Shown here one piece after another: positions 27,326 through 40,389 of a stretch of 64,000 bases of DNA. Numbering within the stretch: the stretch's first letter is position 1; each line of letters opens with the position of its first letter. Source of the DNA: Massalongia carnosa (Eukaryota); the NCBI GenBank assembly GCA_965645245.1, contig OZ287078.1:1488001-1552000 (forward strand). Reading direction: 5' to 3'. Below the pieces are notes generated by a model, which saw only the letters and a list, made by a program, of their open reading frames with translations, ran no database searches and was not told where the DNA came from. Both the position numbers and the translations under genes were made by a program.

Positions 27326-30300
27326 AACTAGACAAAGCATTCTCATCAAAATCTTGTTACTGCTGCGCAAAGAATGAAGAAAACTTAGGTGGATCAGTGT
27401 CGAGTGACATGTCTTTATTGAGACTAAATAAAATATCAACGGCTTCGAGTTATTTAGAACGCTATGCGTCTAGCGGACTAGGGATGCCATGCAGCAACTC
27501 GGATCTTCTTACGTTAACTTTTATACCGAGACGAACAGGGCACCCCATATTGGGAGTTCCTTTACGCTTATCCAATCATGTTTACTGATGGCACTGAAAC
27601 ATATCATGACCCACTATCATTATTCCCGTCAACTCTCTAAACCACTCTCGCATGGCCACCAAAACACATAAAACTATCACCAGAGGCCGGTAGATTGGAG
27701 ATAATGAGAAAATACCAGTCTTGAACTAATAGCTACAGACAAATCAAACTCCTGGAGGAGACCTAAAATCCTAGGATAACCTCAGCCTTGACCTAAAAAA
27801 CATTTAAATTAGTACAAGCTCCATTTCTTCAGCCAAATCCTAACGAAAGAACTTCTTGCCACCTATTCTTCATTAATCTAACTCTGGCCCAACCCTAGCC
27901 CTGGCAAATTGGAGGAGAGTGGCTATCGCCAACAATTAGGAACTGCTACGAGATGTGGGCGCTAATAATCCTGAGTGATGATGAGCACGGCCAGCGACGA
28001 GCAAAAACCTCTACGTAGTGCTAGTTAATAACATCACCGGTGGCCCTCCTGTGGCTCCCTGGGGTAGCCAATATCTGCTCAGAACGACAGCTAGGGAGGC
28101 GGCTCAAGTGGTGGACGGACTGAGGATCAACCGAAGAACGAGATGGAGGGAGCGGTAGCACTCATGGTTTATGCTTGATGAGGGCCAATCAGCCCCACAA
28201 TTCACCTCTGGGTCGATTGATGAACATCTCCGGTATAGGTGGGCTTCGTGCACCCACCTGGATTTGTGAGTCAAATGTCGGACATGTGTTAGCCTCTATA
28301 CTCCTTGAACGGACCGAGAGAGACCTCCGAAATTTCGAACAAACGATACATGACACTCAGAGACTACCTATTTTACCTGCATGCTAGGCTACAGATCGGC
28401 CTACATACGGACCTAAAAGAAGGACACGGAGGGGAACGGGAGGCTATAAAAATGTGAAGGTTTAGACATAGCATAGACGAACGCTACCGGTGTAATATGA
28501 TTGCATACCATAGGTCAACCGCTAAACGTCCACCGACTCACCTGCCTAGAACCCTCAATCCACCAGCTGGATTACCAATCTTTGAGTCAAAACGGAGGCC
28601 TATTGTCACGCTTGCAGCCCAGAATCTAAGTGTAATGAAAAAAAAAACATAAAAAGATAAGGAGCACATGGTCAACATGCTCATGGCCTCGCATTTTCGG
28701 GGCGCGGAACGACATCACTACGCGGGCGTCAGTGATTTGATGAAGAGTGTCAATCATTAAACCTGAAGGCGTTTCACCACTTGAACGAGCGAAGGTTTCG
28801 GTTATATGAGATGTGCAGTTCAATGGCGGGCGTTAACTTATCGTATCTAAAAAAGAGCAGCATTGTTGAACTCAGGTCCTTCAGACTTAGAACTTTAGCT
28901 GCAGCTTGTCCTGTGATGCGAGGACATCTGTATCCTCTACAGGCGCAATTGCACCAACGTGCGTGGCTGTTGCGAGAAACAGCATTTCTATGTCTTTAGC
29001 GGAGTGTTGACAATGTGTTTAACTTCAAAGGTTGAAAGAAAGTGAAAAGTACTATGCGGCTATGGCTGAACGAATGAATCGAAGAATTTCCCGACATAGT
29101 CCCACGATATTTACCGAGCTCGGGACCTCTATTGAAATTGAACGGACTGCCACGCCCTTCGATGACTCTTCAATATCGTCTCCGTCAAATCTTAAGCCAT
29201 CTTATACACTCGACTTTGTCTTTGGTCGTCTAAAGTATTTTACTGTTATATTTATCTGAATTACTACTCTCCTCGAATACGTCGGCTTCCGACTTCTACG
29301 ACAGTCAAAATGTTTTCTCCAACGTCTTCGTTATCTTCGCTTTCATCGGTATCCGCGTTATCCCGTTCGTCAAATGACGGCAAACGCAAAGATATCTGTT
29401 ATCTTTTCCAATAAACTCTTCGCATAAGAATCCAAAGTCTGAATCAAAAACGTCGACGCCTTCAGTCAAACACTTACAGTTGGAGTTATAGGTTTGTCGA
29501 GTTCCTCGCTAAATGAAGCGAATGATCGTTGCGGTTAGACTGAGAGCTTACTAGGTTGAGCTTAGCGCTTTATTCAGGAGTTGAAGGAAATCTCTGCAGG
29601 TAGGTGATGCTTGTGTTCGTTTTGTCTGACAATTGTGGTGGGGTAGAAAGCGCATGCTCTCCGGAGTTTGATTGTTCCGTGCCGGAGGAAGGCAAGGGGG
29701 CTCATAAAAGGGGTTCAGACATCAAGCAGCTCGGCATCATTCATGTATTCAGTCATACCAACAGCCTGCCCATCGAGCAGTAGTATTTCTTTTTTGTGTC
29801 CACTGTAGGCCCTCCGAGCCTAGTGCTGAGTCGTGCTTCCCACTCCTCTGCTATCTCTACCTTGCCCAGGTCATCTGATTCGCACTCCCACCCACTACCC
29901 CTTCTCACTACCACGTAATATAGCCAATAGAGTAATTAAAACACTGTTCAATCACATGAATAGGATTATCGTCCGCCCACAGTGACATCAAGTTCTTGGG
30001 AAACAAGAAGGAACTCTATGTCATCAGTCGTTTAGAGGAACTGATTCTGGCTCAGGTCCAGCCATATGTGAAGCCTCAGAACGATATTGCTCTGAAGAAT
30101 CTTGCCTCGCTTCTGGTATTATTTAAAAAAAAAAAGTCTTTAAAGACCCGAACAAGAAGGCAACGACTCAGCGGGAACTTCGCTCTCTTCGTCAACGGAA
30201 TCGAGAACTCCACGTCTACCTCCTCGACTTCCAATGCCTAACCCCAGATACCAACTCTGATGGAGAAGTTCAACGCTCGGATTTGCCTGAAACAGCGGCA

Positions 30301-30438
30301 TAAAATAACCCAAAGCACCAAGTGCCGATTATCTATCTATTCCTGAACAGACAAAAATAAATCGGCTAGTTTGAGTCTTCTGCAAGGCAGCTCGCACCGA
30401 TCCAGTTATATCCAATCGCTACGAGTTAGAACTCAATC

Positions 30439-30440
<2 letters not shown>

Positions 30441-30472
<32 letters not shown>
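30441..30472. repeat. (AG)16 microsatellite
   Basis: Perfect dinucleotide run. Confidence 0.95.
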
Positions 30473-30477
<5 letters not shown>

Positions 30478-31520
30478 AACACCTGCCAGCAGGATAAAAC
30501 ATTAGATGAGGCACTACATCGGAAAACGAGAAGAACTTGTCTGCTTCTCGTGAGATAATGACATTGCGGAAGCGCGTGCCGAAAACACGACGAAAGCCAG
30601 TGTTGGGGAATTATCAGAGGACAGGTAGCTTGCGTTAGTGATCAGGCCTGTCTGCTTTCGTTCTTTCTGTTCCTTATCTCCTTTGTCAAACGTTCTTTGT
30701 CAACAGTTAGGTAGTTATGCAGCATAGAAACTGGACAAACGTCGTTGCTAGGGGACAACGAGCTCGTCGATTCGTATATGTAACCATCATCGTCATCATT
30801 ATGAAACCCCACGTAGTATTATACTTTACGTAAATAAGGAGATGAAGAATGGCCTCAATTCTCCCCATTTCTCCTCCTCCTCCTTCCCTCAACCGTATCC
30901 CCAGAAACCGGCAAGTAAGTCTGTCGAGATAGAGCAAAATAGATAGATAGGTAGATAACAGACAGAAAGATAAAAAATAGCAAAGACACGACACGACACG
31001 GCACGACGTAAAATAACAACCAAAAAAAAGTTTGCAGCAGCAACAGCAGGAGCGCCACCCCACTAGTTATGGACTACCGACAGAGCCAGGATTACTTACT
31101 ACATCTACTCTGCCTTGGTTAACTATCTACATATGTACACGCGGCGGCCCGAGTTGCGCTTGACAAGGTCGCTCGTCGCGATGGGAATATTTAAACCTAA
31201 CGTAAAAAGGAAGAAGGGGAAAGTAAGGGGAGAAGAGAATCCAATTCTTATCTCGTCTCATCCTGTCTCATCTCCTCCCAGAACCGGAACCGGAACCAAC
31301 GGGGGGCCCACGCGCTTCTCCAAATTACCCCCCTTTGGCCGGTTCCCCTGCCCGCGATGTCTTTCCACACGCTCGCATTAGTGATAGAACCAAAAGGAAC
31401 CCCTAGAATTTCGAGTCCCAACCTCCCCCCCTCAATCCGGAAATACTCCCTCCCCGGTTTACTCCCTACCATTCAGTCCCAAATCCGCTTGAAAGCCAAA
31501 AAAAAACAAGTGAAAGATCG

Positions 31521-33806
31521 TCACTCCGCCTCCAATGCTCCGCCGTTGGTTCCCTCGGTGGCGTTACCGCCTCCTTGCGTCATACGCTCCATGAAACTCA
31601 CATAGTCATATTTAGCACGGTGGCGATCCTCCTGTAGGTCTGGGCCGACATGCGGCGGCATGGAGGAGAGGAGATCCTCCACTAGATCATCGGGGATGAG
31701 GGAGTGGCGGAGGTCGAGCTCGGTGACGTAGGGCTTTAAAATGGGGTTGGTTAGCGAGTGATGTTATGGGTATGGACGGCTTGGAATGGGAAAGTGCAGT
31801 ATCCCGAATGGAAAATAGATGGAGGTGTCGGTTAAGGGTCGAGCGGAAGTAAATCAAAGAGTCAATATACCTTCCCATCAGCCACCTCCCTAAAGCTCTG
31901 GAAGACCTGCTCTGCCGTATTTTGATCCTCGGTCACACTGACCATGAACCGAATGAACTGTTCAAACGTCACATAACCTTTGCCAGCACTGATGCTGACA
32001 AAATTCTCATGCATTTCCTCCTCGTCGTAAACCAGACTTAAGCTTGCCAGGGCGGCGGAGAATTCTAGCTCGTGCAGCGAGTTACTTAGATCACGATCAA
32101 AATGGCGAAATACTGATTCAAATTCCTCGAGCTGGATCGGGGTCAAGTTCGTCATGTTACGAGCAACCATCTGGTTCTCGAGGAATGAGAGCTTTTTCGC
32201 TACAGACGATTTGACGAGCCCAAGCTCGTAAGAGAGTTCGTCGTAGGTGTAGGTTGTGAAGTCATTTTCTTCGATGTTGGCTTCTTCACATTGCTGGTCG
32301 AGGAGCGCTAGGGTTTCAAGGTAGGCAGCAAGAGGTGGGAGATTAGAGTTGAGGCGCTGTACATGACTGCATTGGTCATCAACATCACCTTCAAGTCCGG
32401 AAATAGCCAAAGAGAGAGTGTTGAGGGTCAGGGCGAAGTCATTGGCTTTATCGGCAAACGATTTTCGTAGGGAGTTTTTGATACTATCCAAGTTAGCCCT
32501 GTCGATCATCGCCCAGCCGAATGCCCATACTCTCGGATTGTTTCGTTTATGACTTGACTCCTGTGCCTCTCAGCCTTGAGTAATATTATCCATTCAGTAT
32601 CCAAGACATCCAATCGTAAATCCACTGGCGGCTCGTACGGTCTCAATCGATAAGTGCTCATCTTAGTCTTAATGTTTCCCAATAACGCAGCCAATTCGGA
32701 TTTCTCTGCCACCCATTTTCTCTTCTGGCTCCTCTTGTAAATGGCAAACTGAGTTGACTGCTCTTTTGCGTCCACATAAGTACCTTTAAACGTCGCCGCC
32801 TCCCATTCCTGTCGTTGCAGGCGGATCTCTCGAAGTAAGTCTTTCATTCTCTGTTCGAACGAGTTTTGCATTCCCCACGCGCCTTGCATATTCGTCACAA
32901 ACTTTTCCACCCGTCGTCCAGCATTCTCCACCCGCTCCATCTGGGAAAAGGCGTGAAACCAATACGCTATGTAAGTCATCAAAGATCGTTCATCGGGTTT
33001 CGCCACGTCGCAGACATCCTCGACATCCAATAAGTCTGGTATCCCGATCTCTTTGGAAGCTATTTCAAAAGCAAGCTGCATGTTTCCACGATGATCCGTC
33101 TTGTCGAGCTTTTCGTAATCGATAAGGTCAGGGCGGTGGATATCAAGAAGTGCGCAGCTACATCTATGATTAGCATGGACCTCGCAATGGTTAGTAGAGT
33201 GCGTACAACGCCAGTCCATCATTCCAGCTTGCCGAAAAGTCTCTAACCTCAACCTCATCGTAGCAGGCGGTTTTCCTTTGACACCAGAGTAGCAAGCCCT
33301 CTTTCGCCGTCATGCCCTCTTCGTTGATGTCACTGATGGTGAACCTCAAGATCAAGGTCCATATCAAGCCCAAAATGATCTTCCGATTTCCATCAACCAC
33401 ATCTTCTGCTCCAATATTCGTCATCTGGATACCCCGCCCTTTGATAAAATCAAGGGCAACGTTAACATTTTCGAAGCGCTGAACGCGCAATTTGGGTTTG
33501 GAGGCATAGCGACCAAGGGACTCATTGCCGAGAATCTCAAGGAGATGGATGAGAATCACCTAGGTGACGGAAAGTCAGTGAAACCATTGATACATGGTGC
33601 GCCATGTCGATTGCAGGAGAAATCAGATCTACCCCATCTGAAAGGTCCGTGACCAAATCATTGACGGTTACATTTCTCGGGCTAACTTTGGAATTGAGCC
33701 TAAATTTTGGGTTGGTTTGCTGGCTCGGCCACTTTATTGAATGAACTCACCACTTAGTGAAAGTCTTCTGCTGAACCGTCACCCATTGCTGCTCCAGCAA
33801 ACCCAT
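31521..33806 (-). CDS. ain1: Alpha-actinin-like actin cross-linker (two CH domains, spectrin-like rod, EF-hands)
   Basis: MGLLEQQWVTVQQKTFTKW, IGAEDVVDGNRKIILGLIWTLIL, LLLWCQRKT, KPDERSLMTY, EF-hand FRHFDRDLSNSL, C-terminal YDYVSFM. Several introns; TGA at 31521-31523. Confidence 0.95.
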
Positions 33807-34708
33807 TTCGCCACCGAGGCATATGCACCATTAACCAACTGGATTTCAAGGAGATTTAGCGGTTCATGTAAGAGTAGAAAAAGAGGAGTGCGGTTAGAGT
33901 GCGCAACGTAAACACTCTGCAAGCGCTGCAAGTAACAATGAATATTTATCTCTAAAAGATTGATATCGATATCGATAATCGATGATAGAATATCAACAAA
34001 ACGGGCTTTCGGGCCTTCAAGGCCCTAGCAACCAACCCCTGCAGGTCGATCTGTGCTCGAGCTAGCTGATTCCGGCACGAATACGACCACCGTTACAAGA
34101 TCACGTTACTTGTGGTAGTTAGGCATTTGGCCTCCTCCATACATTATCCTTAATCGCCCCAGGCTATGGCTTTACACAACACCTACAACTGGATGGGACC
34201 TGCAAGCCACTGCGAAGATACTCTGATTGAGGGTTTTATCTTCCGCTGTTTTTGAGCGTACAGAGACCAAATGTACATGACTTCTACTTTACAGAAGACT
34301 CCCAAATCTTCACCCCGTTATCAGAGGATCCCTGGTGTGATTAACAACACCGTCCACCTTCTCCATTCTCCTTTCTGGGGAGAAAAGGCAGAAATGATTA
34401 TCTCAATGAGAGCATCACTTTAGTCTCCTAAAAGTGGTGCACCATCACCAAGTTCCCTGTCACTCGTAAATCATGACATGCCTTTAAGCAATAGAAGCAC
34501 ACATCACGCTCATATGTAACTGATGTCGAGACGTCCAAACATTATCATTAACAAATCTTCGGTAAAAAGATGTTCTGCAGTATTTGATGTTATTCATGTA
34601 AAGATGTAGATCAGGTCCGACAAGGGCGCAGGGGTCGAAATCATCTTGGCTAATAAGAGAATGGCCCGAGCAGCCTGCTTTATTCGAAACTCGCAGGTCG
34701 CCCACCGA

Positions 34709-37310
34709 TCAAAATGGGATAGATAGCACTAGGGAAGGAACGACTTGTCTCCCGGTAAGATCGTCCGTTGGCACAATACATATGGCATTTGACGACCTGC
34801 TCCTTCTGGGGAGGAGAGCACCGTCCGCTGATGGTTGGAGATCGCCACGGGCTGCAAACGAAAGTGGCCTTGTTGCGTCATGTTTGAGGGTTACTCGAGG
34901 ATACAATGCCGTCGTATTGTCATTGTGCATCCCCCCTGAGGATTGATTACATGTCTCTTGGCTGTGAATCATGAATTGAGGGGCCATCTCCGCTTTGAAC
35001 ATTTCATTGGGCTTTGGTTTTGGAGGCAATGGCTTATCCGGAAAAGCGCTGGGGACTGGTGCCACACCATGTCCTATCCTATTGGTCGTTAGATCACTAG
35101 ACTGGGAGTTCCACCGGCTATGCACAAGTTCTGGCAAACTAGCTACAGATTCACTATCGCGGTGGTGGCAGATCGAGGTTGGGGATGTCCGTGAGAAATT
35201 TTCTTGGGATGCGTATTTGCTTATCTGGGAGTGACTGCTTCGTGGCGAATCATCTTGACATGATGATGTATCGAGGTTTTCGGTGCGAAACGGGTAAATG
35301 TGATCCAACACGTGTTCTCCAGCAAGCAGTCTTTGATACAAGTCATCCTGCAGGAACTGAGAATCAAAATCCCTGGAGATAAAAAGTGGACCAAGACTAG
35401 AGTCCTTGGCCGTTCTTGACTGTAGGTTCATTGACAGAGGCATAACAAGTGACTGCGATGGCGTGACAGGGCTGGCGATGCTAAGAGTGGATGATTTCGA
35501 TGAGTCCCGAGAAGACAGATTTGACTCTGAACGAGAGACCTGGAGTGGTGGGAAGTAATATGGTGTAGAGGAGACGCTGCCCGGTAGACTGTTGCCCATT
35601 TGGGAACTAGCGTCACCGATGTTGTTTCTATTGAGGTTATGGTTGTGTAGAGGTTGATCACTCTCAGGATCTCTGTAATCCATCGGCACGTCTGTCTTCC
35701 CATCCTCGCTGGAGATACGATCCCAGTCAAAGTCGCAGTCAGCTTCGGCAGCATGCTCATAGCAATAATCAATGTCGTCCTCCCAACAATCCTCGTTTTT
35801 AGGCAAAACACCTGATATCTGACGTGATAGCCTTGGCCTGAAAGGTATGTCATCCAAAGGTTGGTCAACTGACGGTAAGACGGCTTCGGCCAGAGGGGGG
35901 CCGTCTACCAAGGGAGAAATCAAGCCATCAGGAGAAACACGCGATGAAGTAAGAGACCACCGTCGGGACGAGGATTTTGTGCTCGGATATGACTTCGCGT
36001 GACGAAGAGATGGTCTAAACGTTGGTTGACTCGAGCTTGGGTTGGGAAGCTTTTTCGGTGTCAGAGTCTCCGCTTCCTTCGGTAGATTCGGAAGCTCTTT
36101 CCCAACGTTTCCACAAGGCATTAGTTTGAGAGCAAAAGCTGTCTCGTTCGGTGTTGAAACAGCATGGGGGGCAGTCGCATAGTCGAAAAGGTCTTCCTGC
36201 CAATCAACCGCCGTAGACGTTGGAGTGCCGCTACCCAAAGGCGATTTAGCGATCGGAGCGGATCCGCTTCCAAAGACAAGACTATCGGACGGAGATTGAG
36301 AAGACTTAAGCCGAGCGCTGAGCATATCGGTAACAAGGTTCTTCGATGACCCTCGAGGAGGCGGCGTGATTGGAGAAGGGCGTGGTTTATACATCTTCGG
36401 GCTTGGTTGAGAGAAATTCTCTGCCCGACGGGGGGACGGGAGACTACCAAGACTAGTTTGTGAGCTGTTGAGTCGCTGATGATCATGCGTTCGCGGGCTC
36501 AACGGAGGTGTAATGCTGTGCTGACTCCGATTGGGCGACGACAATCCCGAAGGAACCTCCAGCAGCGAGTTTCTGTGCGGAAGGCTATCTGCCTTTATAC
36601 CACGCAGATCCCTGCAGGGTATTTGCGAGGCACGAATAGCGGAAAATTCAGAAACAAGCTCGCTGTGACTGGTCTTCTCTAACTTTTGGAACTGATTGGC
36701 ATAGGTATGTGTCAAATGCTGGAAATTATAGGGCTCGGAGATGTGACGAGAATGTAAATCTGGGTGAAGCTGTCAGCTACACAGAGGGAGTATTCAAGAG
36801 CTGAATGGTTTTACCGGTGCAGGTCGAATGCGCTCTTTCATGTCTGCCATCTAGATGCAAACCAATCCGCTGGCTCCTAAGTTTTCCCATACTGATTTCT
36901 GACTTTTCCAACCATTCCAAGGTCCGAAGTGAGGTAGAGTCTGCTCTGCTGTTTCGGTTTTTCCACAGCTTCGATCCCCTCGCCAGCAATGTTTTAGCTA
37001 AATTTTTTTGGCGTTCTGGACCGCACGTAACGTTGATTGAAGAAGATCTAGGGCTTTCAAACTTTCTCGTCACATGCCTGTCGGACGATACAGCTGATGC
37101 AATGGATGCGTTGCTAGGTAGTGATGTTGATGTCACGGTTCTATTTCTGGAGTAATTCCTTGGAATTGTATTTCGGTTTGTACTTTTAGAAGGTGGAGGA
37201 CCAAACGAGGACGACAACCCCTTATGAAAGTGTACAACTTGTTCAGAATGCTCGGCCTCTTCCGTGTCAGCCAACCGTCCCACAGGCGGGGTTTGCTTTA
37301 GAGTAGCCAT
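34709..37310 (-). CDS. CRIB (Cdc42/Rac-binding) motif protein, largely disordered and Ser/Pro-rich
   Basis: Intron 36760-36814 joins the two ORFs and gives ISEPYNFQHLTH (36707-36742), matching CRIB consensus ISxPxxFxHxxH. Acidic motif WEDDIDYCYEHAAEADCDFDW. The true start may lie further upstream. Confidence 0.75.
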
Positions 37311-40300
37311 TGGGGCTTGCTAGAATGTCGGAATCAACGTTCTAAGCCGGAATTAAATGCCTTGAACTAGTCAGTGCCTTCAAAATAGAAGCATGGTTGG
37401 CTCCGGCAAAAATTCTAGAAGATCTGGAAGGTGTTAATTCGCGGTCAACGGAAGGTTATTTCGTGTAGGATTCCGTCGACAAGCTTGGCTACCAGCAAGG
37501 TAAATGAACTGCTTGGTACTGCACTATCCAGGGATGTACGCGTGAGGCACGATTTAGGCCGCACGGGAGATGGTTCACGGAACGAAGCGACTAACCAATC
37601 TAACGGCCAAATAAGTGCGGTTTGTAGGTCGACGCGAAAAAGAAACCGTTCCCAGGACGAGAATGCCACAAATGAGGAACCAGATTTGTCCGAAATTGTG
37701 AGATTTCTCCCTTTGTATGTGCAAAGAAGTCAAAGAATTTGTTTTCGTGACATGCGTCGCAAGAACAACTTCTGTATCGGAGGATTGAAGCTTACTCGGC
37801 TCTGCCTTTCAGGTCCATTTAACCAGTTTGTGAGAATCGCGAATGTTTCGAAAGAGCCTTTGTTTACAGTTATTGCCGTGACCACTGGTCGACCGCGTTA
37901 GTAGTGATCCTTTTTTCAGTTGCAAGATTCTCGCAAGAACGGACCTTAGCTTTGTCTCATGGCTGATTGAATGAGCATTCTTTCGCGTCGTGATGTTTGA
38001 GCAACAAAAGAGGGTCCGCCTTGAAGTCCGTGAAGTACCGCTATAGGCTGGGGGCGGAAGACGAAAGATAGCAGCGCAATTTTAACGCACATTCATCCGA
38101 CCCATGATAAAACTTCGAGAAGGGTGGGAGGACGGTAGATTATGACCCTTTGGTTTCGCCATGATGGCCGCATACTCGTCCTCAGTACGGTGTAGCCAAA
38201 ACAGATTTGTTCCATTCCTGGGATTGATATTTCTTCTTCCTCGAATCACATTCAGGTTGCATGCAGCTGGACCCGAAACAGCAGTACCACATGCGCAATG
38301 GGTTACGTCCGTCGGCCCGCATTCTAGGAAAGCTTTTGGCTGCCTAGGTGGCTCCACATCATGAGAGGTTGGAATGGTTGACGATGGTCCAAAGGTTTAA
38401 AGCGCAGCAAGGGTCAGGACGAAGCGGCGGATGATGCCACTGGCCACAAATGAAGTGGCTAGCAGGAACGTCGCGCGTTAGGTCGAGACACTTGCATCCA
38501 ACTGCATAGAGGAATTAATTCTGCCGGGACATGCATGCTGAGTCCTCCGAGCCTTTTTGACTTTACCTCGCACCTGAGTCTGTGCTTTGCGTCCTCAAAG
38601 ATTGATCACGAACCGCGGTGACAAGCATTGCGTTTTTAACGCTTGACGATCTTTCTTCATCCAAGTGTTGCGACGGTATTGGACAGAGGGAGAATAAGGA
38701 GTGGAATGAGTTTACTATATTTTGGCTAATTTGACGCTGTACGGATGACTTTGGGAAGGGATGGCAGCTCATCGCACAGAAATGCATGTCTGACAAATAA
38801 GATACCGAGGACATTCATTGGATATTACATGAGCTAATATCATTGGTACTGTATTCCGGATTCAATACACTGCTCAAAGATATTAGCGGTACGACATCAT
38901 TGGCTCTACTTTTATCCGTAAATCCTCATCCTCATCCTCATTTCCGAACCGATTCGTCTTCCCCGTATTAAGTATTAAGCCTGCCGGGTATTCTCTATCA
39001 TGAAACGTCGAATCCTCTTCATCCATTAAGCTGAAGAGCCTGCCAGCAGTCTCATGCGCTGTGTGAAGCTGGGGGTTATTATGAATTATAGGGTATAGGT
39101 TCCCTCCGTGCACTCTTTGTCATCAGTCAAGAAGAGCACTCTATTACGGCGTACTCTGTATTCTAGATCAGGGTATTAACGTGCTTCCTTTTGCGCATAT
39201 CAGCTCGCATGAACTTTAGCTGTTCCCAATCATTGCTCAGGGTTGATGTGGCTGAATCGGGAACTAGCATGTCATGATATCTTCCAAGGCTGCCGGTGGA
39301 GCATACCCTTTTCGTCTCCTCGCGTTCGGCTTCGATAATTCCTGGTCACGTTCTAAACCTTGACCAACTTTCCCAAGCACGCGGGTATTTGGCTTGTGAA
39401 GAAACAAATCTTTTCATTGGGCTTTCCAGGTCAATGTTTCCAGCTGCCCTTTGGCCTCTTTCCATAGTTCCTTGAGGGACACTGTTTCTCTCCCTTCGCT
39501 TCCAGCTTTCTCCTCTCCCCGATAGCAAGATATCGTGCATTTAACTTGCTGCATCATCGCTTTCGTTAATGCGTAATTGGCTCCGAAACTCCAGAATATA
39601 TTAATCAGCAACGCAAGGCGCACGTCGCTGTTCTTCGGCGTTTCTGGTTAATAATGATGCAGCCTGGAATCTTTTGGATGCTTGGATATCCCAGGGTCGT
39701 ATGTTTCGTACAGAATACTTTGTACTCGGTACAAAGACGTTGGAGGGACAGAATGGTCGCAGAATGTTCTTGTTCCACCAGGCTAACATGTCGTGCATAA
39801 AGGCGTGATGAAGAGTCGATCAATCTGCTCCTGGGTACGAGTTTTCAGCGGCTACACCACTATCTCAACCTGATTGGGATATTTCATATGGGCGGGTTAC
39901 CCAATTCGTCTTGATATTTTCTTTTGGGATAAATCTAGGTCACAGCCCGAAAACGATCATCGCACTAGGGTCAATCATATCTTGACAATTAATCGAATGG
40001 CGAGGACCCAGCGCGCAACAAGGACCAATTGGCTTGACCGATCAATATTCTACCCTGACAGAATATATCAACATTTTGCTTTGACTTTTCTTGTTATCAA
40101 GTTTTAAGTTTAATATCATATTTATCGTAGGGGCATTGGCTACGTTGGGAAGCATGACAAAGCGAATCTACGAGGATAGAGACCCAGAGTACTTTGCGTT
40201 AAGCGTGTCTCTATATGTCATCGAACATTACCTCTTCTCATTACACCTATGCCGAACCGGGCTAAAACGTAGCTGAGGACTACATTCACCTTATCTGGAT

Positions 40301-40389
40301 GTGAGTTTCCGCTAACAGTATCTTAACATGATCGAGCGTTATGACGTTAAGTGGGTGGATCTCCAGAAAGGTAGAAAGTATTATCGTAT

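Noticed and set aside
33957..33995. Cluster of GATA/ATCGAT palindromes upstream of alpha-actinin
   Set aside because: Could be GATA-factor sites but is indistinguishable from simple-sequence slippage.
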